Below, in pieces: positions 24,881 to 35,400 of a stretch of DNA of 64,000 bases. Each line of letters starts with the position of its first letter. Position 1 is the first letter of the stretch. The notes beneath the pieces are model-generated. The model searched no databases. It was given only the letters and a program-made list of their open reading frames with translations, and was not told where the DNA came from. This DNA comes from Mytilus edulis (lineage: Eukaryota): contig NC_092350.1 of assembly GCF_963676685.1 (NCBI RefSeq), positions 7,316,001-7,380,000 on the forward strand, given 5' to 3'. A program made the position numbers and the translations under genes.

Positions 24881-26249
24881 ATTTGAACTTTTTTATGTTT
24901 CTTTAAAATATTATTAAAATAATATTTTGTTCCGCTTTTTAGAATTAATCTTGTTTCAGTAAATATTTTGAGAGGAAGAGTTTTGAGTTTAAATCCCTGG
25001 CTGGGTCAGACCACACAAGATTAAAAGCTGGTATTTGCTTGTAACAATATTTCGGGTTACATTTATTCCTTCAGAATAATATTTTAGGGTATAGTGATTC
25101 TAAAGATATGTAAGAAGATGTGGTATGAGTGCCAATGAGACAACTCTCCATCTGCTGAATTATGTTTTGGGGTATGGTGATTCCTGTCGATTTTGAGGTT
25201 CACTTTTAATTCAATGGTAATCATTTCCAATTGTTTTTTTTTACATAGATCAGGCCTTAATAGTTTCTGCATTTGAAATTGTATCATGTTGTGTTATTTA
25301 TGGCGCCTCTTACAACTTGCTTACAGTGGCCTAAACACCTACATCATGAAATAAGTACCTACTGATTTGTACTACTAGTATATAGTAATAACACTGTCTG
25401 TCATCTGACTCTTGTGTAACCTCGGATCAAGAATATCATAACCTGTTATGTTTTGTGCACAGTATACCTTAAAAATGAAGGTACATTGTCATTAGACAAT
25501 AATCAACATTTGATAGTTATTCCAAAGCTATGTGGAGGTAATCTGACTAGCATTTGTATGACATAAATATGACATTTTTCATGCAAAGATTTGCAAGGCA
25601 AAAAGAATAAGATACCATTAGTTATTATCGTTTATTGGGAAAGACTGTACTTTGACATTTTCATAGCTTTGTTTTGGTTTTACTCTATTGTTGAGTTACT
25701 GTCACATTGTATTTACCCAAAAGGTGACATCTTCTTGGAGCCTTTTGAAAACCTTCAAGGAAACCAACTAAAACTGGACTACTTAGTACATTTGAACTTG
25801 TATAAAAAAATATATCACTTTTTGCACAGGAAACTTGGGTGCAATGTTTTTATCTTGTTATTGTTGTAGGTTTTTCATTAGTTATTTTATAAACATATTA
25901 TAACTTATCAGTAATAGCATTGAATACTTGATTACATGTATGGGAAGTTAAGTCGCCATCTGTGTTGCGGGTTCACAGATACTATACCTCCCATTTTGGT
26001 ATAGTAACGTCCCCACCATACATATCAGTATCTGCTAGTACTGGTAAGAACTGAGGGAGATAGATCACTCAGTTGGACCCTGACCGTCAGACCAAGGGTG
26101 CCTTGGTCAGACTGCGACCGAGACGTGGTCTAAAAAAAATTCATAGTACCATGCATGAACTGAGAGATCGATCACTCAGATGGACCGTGACCAAGGGTGA
26201 CTTGGTCAGACTGCGACCGAGTCGCTGTCTTGTTGTTTTTATCCTTTAA

Positions 26250-27148
26250 TTGTTTTTATGTTTTTATCCATATTTTAATTGGGGATGTTTTTATCTTTTT
26301 ATCCATATTTTAATTGGGGATGTTTTTATCTTTTAATCAATTTTCTATTGGGGATGTTTTTATCTTTTAATCAAATTTTAATTGGGGATGTTTTTATCTT
26401 TTATTCAAATTTACATTGTTTTTTTTTTTTTATCTTTTTATCCATATTTTAATTGGGGATGTTTTTATCTTTTTATCCATATTTTTTATTGGGGATGTTT
26501 TTATCTTTTTATCCATATTTTAATTGGGATGTTTTTATCTTTTATCCATATTTTTTTATTGGGGATGTTTTTATGTTTTTATCCATATTTTAATTGGGGA
26601 TGTTTTTATCTTTTAATCAAATTTTTATTGGGGATGTTTGTATCTTTTATTCAAATTTTAATTGGGGATGTTTTTATCTTTTTATCCATAATTTAATTGG
26701 GGATGTTTTATCTTTTAATCAAATTTTTATTGGGGATGTTTTTATCTTTTTTCAAATTTTAATTGGGGATGTTTTTATGTTTTTATCCATATTTTAATTG
26801 GGGATGTTTTTATCTTTTTTTCAAATTTTAATTGGGGATGTTTTTATGTTTTTACATATTTTAATTGGGGATGTTTTAATCTTTTTATCCATATTTTAAT
26901 TTAGGATGTTTTAATCTAATTATCCATATTTTAATTTGGGATGTTTTTATTTTTAATCAAATTTTTATTTGGGATGTTTTTTCTTTTATTCAAATTTTAA
27001 TTGGGGATGTTTTTATCTTTTTATTCAAATTTTAATTGAGGGTGTTTTTATCCTTTATTCAAATTTTAATTTGGGATGTTTTCAATTTTTATCCATATTT
27101 TAATTGGGGGTGTTTTTAACTTTTTATCTAAATTTTGATAAGGGATGG
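26250..27148. repeat. About 36-bp minisatellite (TTTTAATTGGGGATGTTTTTATCTTTTTATCCATA)n
   Basis: About 25 copies directly visible. Confidence 0.95.
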
Positions 27149-27420
27149 GTTTTTTTATTTTGTTAAATGGGTCAGGTTTTTTCATATTGGCTGTATAAGT
27201 CGTGCTTTAGTCAAATCAGAGACTTTAAAATTGGTACTCCGAAAGGAAGAGACTGGTGGTCACTGCGGCCATTTGTTTTGGTGAACTAGCACCTTAAAGT
27301 CCAGATAACCCTCAGGCCAGCTGGCTAGTACATTAGCAGACAGGTACTTTTGTACCATTTGGCATTTTTAAAACTTTTGGCAATTTTTACTTTAGACTAC
27401 TTTTTTTCATTTATTTCTAA
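27120..27420 (+). repeat. Duplicate of 22080-22380 (putative promoter + first exon module)
   Basis: High identity over about 300 bp including ATTGG, GTATAAG, GCGGCCATTT and cag|gtac. Confidence 0.85.
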
Positions 27421-28302
27421 ATATTTTTTACACCTTTCAATTAAATATATATTTTGGCTGCAAAATGGTTATCCAAGGATAATTTCTTTAAATAAAATTT
27501 ACATCACACATTTTGGCTTATTGTAACTTTGGCTGTTACCTTAATTTTAAAAATAATGATAACCATTTAATATTGAAATAAAAACTACAACTCCAAATTA
27601 ATTCAATATTAAAAAAAAACATGAAAAGTTAAAATCTTCTTTCAGTATTGAATTTTTTCATTCTTCCATGCCTGGTACTTCATGATTAAAATCTTTTCAT
27701 CAACTAACACTTTCATGGGGATATTTAACACACAGAGTAGGCTAATATAGGTGGTTAAGGTTGATATGGATAAGAGAGAAATTGAGGGAGGTGAGGGTAA
27801 ATAATGAGAGTGGTATGTATGGATATATGTTCTATAGGGAGAAAAGGACAAATTGAGTAGATGAGGGTAATATTGAGAGTTGTATGTAAAGTAGTAAGGG
27901 TGAGAATATTAATTTCTTTATAAGGGCTTGATGTACTGGTCTAATGGAAGTGCAGTTTTCTTTTTTCTCCTGCGTAGTTCTTATATTCTTCAAAAATCTG
28001 GAGTAAACATTTTAAAAGTACTGCTGTCAAAAATTAACAAGTTAACAGCCTTTCTTGTTACTGATTATGTGCTGCTGATATAAACATTGTAGCACTTCTC
28101 AGTGACTAGATAGGGTTGCAGCTTTTCATCAATTTTAACAGCATTATCTTACAGTTATAGATGCAGTGATCAACACACCTGATTAATGTTTCTTTCATTC
28201 TAAAAAAATTTGCTTTCCAGTCTTATATAAATTTCTTGGTCTAATGTTTCTTCTGTATCTTTGCTGTCAAGTTTGTAGTTCATTCGTATCATATGGTTTT
28301 TT

Positions 28303-28408
28303 CACAGGCACTTGTCTCAGAATTTTGTTTTCCTATATACCTTAATATAATAATATATGTGTTATATAAAGGTATATAGGGGGGGAAATTCTGAGACGAG
28401 TGCCTGTG
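28303..28408. repeat. 106-bp near-perfect palindrome (CAC...GTG), probable fold-back MITE
   Basis: CACAGGCACTTGTCTCAGAATTT / AAATTCTGAGACGAGTGCCTGTG plus CCTATATACCTT / AAGGTATATAGG. Confidence 0.8.
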
Positions 28409-28409
28409 G

Positions 28410-29089
28410 TTTTTGTCGAGCCTTCGACTTTAATCGAAAAAGCGAGACATAGCGATCCTACATTCCGTCGGCGTCGTCGGCGGCGTCCACAAATATTCAC
28501 TCTGTGGTTAAAGTTTTTGAAATTTTAATAACTTTCATAAACTATCCTTGAATTGTACGAAACTTGGACAGAAGCTTGTTTATGTTCATAAGATAGTATC
28601 CAGAAGTAAATTTTGTAAAAATGAAATTCCATTTTTTCCGTATTTTACTTATAAATGGACTTAGTTTTTTTCTGCCAGGAAACATTACATTCACTCTGGT
28701 TAAAGTTTTTAAAATTTTAATAACTTTCTTAAACTATCCTGGAATTGTAAGAAACTTGGCCACAAGCTTGTTTATGATCAGAACTGAGATAGTATCCAGA
28801 AGTAATTTTTGTAAAAATAAAATTCCATTTTTCCCGTATTTTACTTATAAATGGACTTAGTTTTTCTTCTAGTTAACATAACATACAGTCTGCAGTTAAA
28901 GTATTTAAAACATTTTTAAGATTCTTAAACTAGCCTGGATTTTTACCAAACTAGGACAGAAGCTTCTGACAATCAAAAGATAGTATCGAGAGGAATAATT
29001 TTATTGATTTTTTTTCATCATTTTTGATGAGTGTGTGATTAACATCAAAAGTAGGCGAGACACTGGTTTCCGCGGAACCCTTACAAATT
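28410..29089 (+). mobile_element. HINE-like element family B, second copy
   Basis: Same ends and (CGT/CGG) microsatellite as 4707-5872. Confidence 0.75.
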
Positions 29090-29969
29090 GTTTTATCAGT
29101 CTTCGAAGGTAGTAATGTGTGTAGGGTGCAGGTATCTAACATTTCATGGATAATTTTCAACAGTCAAATCAATAAACATGTTTACCAATTACAAGCAAAA
29201 TACAAAATGGGTCACGAAGACATTTTTTATTGGCATACATCATTTTATATATCCAAGGCTCTTTTAAACCTTTAAAAAACAGCCTCTGTTCTCCTGTCAG
29301 TGCTTGAAGCACAAAAAGAGTTGAACTAGACTCTAAAATTGTTATTTACTGATTCTTACACTAAGCGCATGGCATTATCAAAGAAACTAAAAACCAGCAA
29401 AGACTGTTGCTTGGAGTCGAAATATTGAGTCCGCGAGCCGATAGAGTGACACATTTCTATTCGGACTGTCCCCTTGTGAACTAGCATGTTAAAAAGATCA
29501 GATATTTTTAGATTTTCTCATTACTTGGCGTCCGTCCAGTCATCTGAAATAGATATATGACAATTTTAAGGAATTAGCGAATCTCTGATACAAACGTTTA
29601 TTTATACATGAACAAAGTAATTATTGGGGTTTAAATTTGCTCTACATTTGCTGAATGATTGGAAATAAAACAATACTATAGAACACACTACCCCTTATTC
29701 TCGCTCTGGATATTTAGTATTCATATTTTCATTTGACAAAGTCATGCTGATTGTATATGACTTTATATTTTTTTTTAGGTTAAGTCGGTTTACCATGATG
29801 AAATAGTACAAACATCAGCTCGCTTTTTGGCAACAATAACAAACCGTACAAAATAAAAACATCTAGGACATATATAACATACACAATAGACAATACATAG
29901 ACAGCTATATTGCATACGCAAAAAAGTTCATATATAAAAGTCAGCACAACAAATAAAGCACTAATATAG

Positions 29970-30102
29970 CATAGGCGGATCCGGGGGGGGGGGGGGGGGG
30001 GGAGCCCCCCCCCTTTTCGTGGGAAAAATTTGGTTGATAGGGAATCATTGGAGAATGACTGGAGCGGGCCCCTCCTTAGGAAAAGTTCTGGATCCGCCAC
30101 TG
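29970..30102 (-). mobile_element. Same G/C-run MITE family, 5-bp TSD TATAG
   Basis: TATAG at 29965-29969 and 30103-30107; reverse complement aligns to 11172-11336. Related partial ends near 33157 and 35266. Confidence 0.85.
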
Positions 30103-32308
30103 TATAGATTATAAGCATTTGCAAAGCATACGAAAAAATAAGCTTAACTCGTTCTTAAAGTTGCATGGAAAACATAAAAAAAAATAAAAAAAAGCTTTAA
30201 TATATGAAGGAGCCACATCTGTATGAGTTGCCATTTTAGTTGTTGATCATACTTTTAAACTGGTTCAGATTCACTAGATTTATACATGATATCACAAAAC
30301 ACTAGATTAATACGTGATATCACAAATATTTCCGACTTTGTATGGTTTTAGAAGTCTTTGGGCTCAATGAAATCAGTCTCTTCCTAACAGTAGTACTTTT
30401 TAGATTCCTACTAAATGTTATCAAATAAATCATGGGTACGAGCTGAGACCACACTAACTTCTTCTTCTTCTCTGATCTTTACACCCTTTATAGGATAAAC
30501 ATACTTTCGTATGTCGAACAGTTCCACCACCCAAAAAAATAAATGAAAACAACACATGTGTTATAGTAGTCTGAGGTACGAGTTGGTAAGAATATGGTAC
30601 GAGTTGGTAGAGAGTACGAGTTGTCGTGTACTGGTACCACTATTGTTAAAATCTTCATACAATACCAGTCTAAATTTTAGTAAACAAATATTCAGATTGG
30701 TATTCAGGTAATATGAATATTTTATTTACGTCCTTTTAAGGGAGGATAAAGTCAAGGGGTATAGAATAAGATAGAATAGAATATTTTTATTTTCCAATAA
30801 ACCTATATGTCTCTGCTTGAGCTAACTGAATCACAGTCACAAAAACATGTTAAAATAAAAATGTTATACTCTATACCACAGATGTTAAATTTCCAAATAA
30901 TAGCCCACTTTCGAGTCATGTCCATCAACGCAAAAGTATGTCTTTTTGACGTCATTTACCATGTTTACCAGAAATAGGGATTAAAGGCTGTAATGGGTGT
31001 ATCTTCATGACGAATCATGGTTATAAGTCTTTGCAGACAATGTCAACAGTATTTTTCCTGCATGGCTATAAAATGTACACTTTCTTTTGGACGTTTAAAA
31101 AAAATCAACTGATTTTGACGAATCAAGTTATTTTTTTTCCAAAAATAACATTAACGTTAACTATTTGAGACCTAATTATTTGGACAACAAGGATGTGTAC
31201 ATGTACTATTAGTATACAACAATAGTACTATTAGTACATGTATAACAATACCATAATTAGCTCTGTAGAGCTTTTATAAGACATACCTATGCTATCAAAC
31301 TTTACACATGTACAGTAACACTGTCTAAATTCTTAAATGTCTAAAGTTCTGGCTTTAAAAAAATCCCCAAAATAATTTGTGAGGATAAAAAGTTATAAAA
31401 ATTTCTTTGATTTTGAAATATATACAATGTATAATCATAAGTAATCCAAAGTAATAATGATTACTTTAAAGAAAAGTAATCTAATGTAATCAATTACATT
31501 TGAAATAAGGTGTAATTGTAATGTAACCAATTACATTTTATTAGCAAAGTAATTGTAATTTAATCGATTACCTCTTAAAGACCTCGACCCAATCCCTGTG
31601 TACTAATACTAAACAAATCCTTGTCTGTACCTACTAGTATATAAATTATAATTTCTGTATATATATATGACTTTTGTCAGATCTGGCAGTATATTATATA
31701 TATGTCTCAGGTTTGACAGATATAATTATCAGTTAAACATAGTTATTACAATTATTTTATAATAGGGACATAGGGGTTTGTTACTATTTGACAGGTTTAT
31801 TATCCATGGGAACCCCTACAATGATTTTTTAAGGGTTTCCTTGGATAGTAAAAGCAGATATAGTAACAAACCCCTGTGATAGGATCTGAATAGAAAATTA
31901 TTTAATTAAAAATCATCAAGTGCTCAAAAAAAGAAGGGGGAGGGGGTCTTAACATATACATTTCGCTAAACTTCTTACTAAAATGCTAAATCTCAGAGTT
32001 TACAAACTTTACAGCCTTTTACATTGATATAAAAAAAATTTCCCATTCATATATTTCTTACGAATTTCACAGCATCTGAACAGATGATAGATATTAGAAG
32101 ATGTGTTATGAGTACATGACTATGAGACACGTCTCCATCCAAGATGAACAGTTATGAACATTTAGGCCATTAATATATATATATATATTACTTGAAATTG
32201 CACCCCATTAATATATAACTTGAAATTGCACCCCTGGCCCATTAATATATTACTTGAAATTGCACCCCATTGGTACATGTATATTTGACATTAATTTGTA
32301 GAATCACC

Positions 32309-32450
32309 ATGGCCAGAGAGCTAACAGCTTCAGAAGAAAACAATGTTAACTGTCTCAATGATACAATGACATCGGCAATAAACAAAGTGATGGGACAAGA
32401 TACACAGTCATATGACGAATTCATCAATGGGTTTCAGCACATAACTAAAG
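32309..32450 (+). CDS. IFTAP: IFTAP/NWC coding exon 1
   Basis: Acceptor tttgtag at 32301, Kozak-like caccATGg, [10 protein letters not shown]...FQHITK, donor aag|gt. Confidence 0.85.
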
Positions 32451-35400
32451 GTTTGTAAGTTACAGATTTGGTTCAATTAAAATATTGAGTAATATCAGAT
32501 ACTAGCATTCTTTTTTAATTGTCCATTTATGAATTGATAAATTATTAAGAAACTTAGGTTTCAAATCCCTAAGGCAAATTTAAGCTTATATGGATTTGGT
32601 TATTACAATGTATTTGTAGGTACTCTTTGTTTATATAAAGCTCTTCAGCTATTTTGGTTCTTATATGTGTTATGTATTGCTTTGTAAAAGGTGAGACGTT
32701 AATAAAATATTGTATTGTATATATCCTTGGTCTTCATATATCAGCTTAGAGCATTCCAAGGCCTGCTGAAGGTAAATCCAAATTTTACAGAGGCACTTTA
32801 GTCTCATAAAAGTTTATATCAAGTGCTGTTTTCATTTATACAGCTATTTAAAAAAAAAGTGAGAAAAAAAGTTAAACTTTATACATGTACAAAATGTATT
32901 ATTGATCATGAGTTTGTTGACAGATTTGACAAATTAATGTACATTTGTGTATACATTTTTTACATGCATGTAAGTTACTCTAAATAGCTACAGCTTGAAT
33001 GAACAGATTTTATTGGCCACTCAACTTAATAAGGACTGCTACAAACGTACATATCTAACTATATATTGGATATTGTATGCATACCTATTGTGGTAGATCT
33101 TACTTTGAACGTTGAAATTAAATAATAATGACACATCTGGCTGGATAGAGTGTCTATTGGCGGATCCAGGGGGGGTGGGTTTCCGGGGTTGGAACCCCCC
33201 CTCCTTTTTTTTTTGCCGATCAATTCATTTGAATGGGGACATATAATGTCAAATATGTGGTTTAAGTTTAAATATTTTAGAGGTATATCTCAGTGAAGTA
33301 CGACTGAACTTGTGTGCATTATTGGTATATAATCATTTGATGATTCTTTGTTTTAATCAGAAACTGTTAATCAGCCTAAGAAACTGAAAAGCACCACAAA
33401 AACCCTCAGAACAGAGGATGTTGAGAGGAAACAGCCATCACAAACCAAATCAGGGAGATTACAGCAAAACAAAGCTGAGCAATTACAGGCTGACAAGAAT
33501 ACACATATAATGTCTGATGATGAACTGGAAGAAGAGGTTAAATATTTAAGATAATTGAAAGAAGCATAAAATATGCACATTAACATCAATACTCACAGTT
33601 AAATCCTAACTTATGTTTCTTAGTCTTAAGAGATTAAAATCAGGATAATACATCAAATGTCAGGCTGGCTCAAGTATTTTTGGAAGCCCTGAAAATTTCA
33701 TACATGTATTTAAAAATGTTGTAATATTGTATACATGTGTATCTGAAAATTTACTTTATTTTGATTTGATAAGTCATACATGTGCAATCATATCTTATCC
33801 CCCAAAAGATTACAGAAATAACTTACTGGCCGTTTTCATGTATTCCATCACATGCACAGATTTATGATGGGCTTTTACAACACATCCCTTGATTTATATG
33901 AATTTATAAGCTTACAAAATTCAATGTTTAAAACTGAAAACAAATTGGAAACTGTTATTGTAAATAAGATTTTGATGACTGTTTTTAAGGTGCTTGACAG
34001 TGGAACCATAGCAACAGAAATGACTTTTGAAGATTGTTCATCTAGAGTCAAGGTTAGAAACATTATTTGTTTGATTTTGCTGATAATTCTCAAGTATTGT
34101 GATACCTTTTGAATTCATAGATGGAGAAAATCTCGCAGTATATACAATGCTAGTGTATCAAGATTTACCTTCTGTTGATTTCCACAGAAAATATCACATT
34201 GCTTCCTACATGCCTCTTTATGTACATGTATGACATCTTCACTTATTATATTGAAATTATAATAAGTAATTAGCAGAAAATGTTTTGAACAAAAAATGAC
34301 CAGCAATACAATGTTTACAAAAATAGAAATCAAGGATTTTTTATAGCTGTTTTTTGGTTTAAAATAAAGACATTAAACCATAATAAAGCATTCAATATCC
34401 ATTGGAATTCTTTATAATTATTTGTGTGAAAAAAAAAATTAAGAAAAAAAAATTGATAATGGTTTGGGTTATCCCTCTTTGTATAAGTACAATGTATCAA
34501 GACATGAACCAGTGCAACAAAACAATGCTGGTATAATTAAGGGGAGGATACACTCACTGCATACATTTAATCAAGACCACCAAAATCTTACAACCTCATT
34601 AAAAACACCAAGATATGAACACAAAAAAGTTTCTTGGGAAAGGGACAGGCTGATTATTATATGGTGGGCTCCAAGGAATTCTCTTTGAATAAAGCATTTC
34701 AATACCAGTAATTGAGTAGTAGAATTTTCAACTGATAATTTTACAGCCCATAACAAGAATTATCAAGCAATTATACCTTAGCCTTTCAGTTAATTGAATA
34801 AATCACTGTTACCATAACTTATACTGTTTTGGAATAGCTAAGTCATTATCTAATAGTCCCAACAAAAATGATATGTGAGAATATTTAACAGTAGAAATTG
34901 AGAAATTACCTCCCTTTGTCCATTTATAAGTGTTAGCATGTGTTTTTTAATTTTAGTTGGACAACTTTATTGAGGATGACATGTCAGATGAGGAGGTTCC
35001 GGGATATATAGCAAGCTTTGGACAAGGTAAAAATATTGTGTTTTACAAATCATTAATTCCTGGTAATTATTTCCTAAGAACTATGAACAGTTGTACCCAG
35101 TTTATCAGACATCAATAGAAGAAGTTATAAAGGATTTAAGATCTGACAATTACAAAGCAATGTAATAAAAACAGGCAAAACTGGAGTCTTGGAAAAAAAA
35201 CCAGATTTATTACAATCAAGACTTAAACATCCAAGAAATGAGTTACACATTTAAAAAAGAAGGTTGCGGATCCAAGGGGGTTGGGGGTTGAAACTCTCTC
35301 TTTTTCTTTGATGATAAATGCTTCTGGATTGGAACCCCCTTTAAATATTGGCTCAATCCACCAGCCCCCTGCATCTTGTACTGGTCTAAAGTTGTAAGGC

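Noticed and set aside
25389-25410. TAACACTGTCTG resembling miR-8/141
   Set aside because: The match is only 12 nt and there is no precursor hairpin.
29780-30235. Possible head-to-head gene opposite NWC (hydrophobic ORF; aaaATGGCA on - strand)
   Set aside because: The ORF is partly MITE-derived, the ATG frame stops after about 41 codons, and there is no recognisable domain or splice support.
32505-32830. Possible second hammerhead-bearing repeat in an NWC intron (CTGCTGAAGGTAAATCC)
   Set aside because: Core is mutated and GAAA is missing; at best a decayed fragment.
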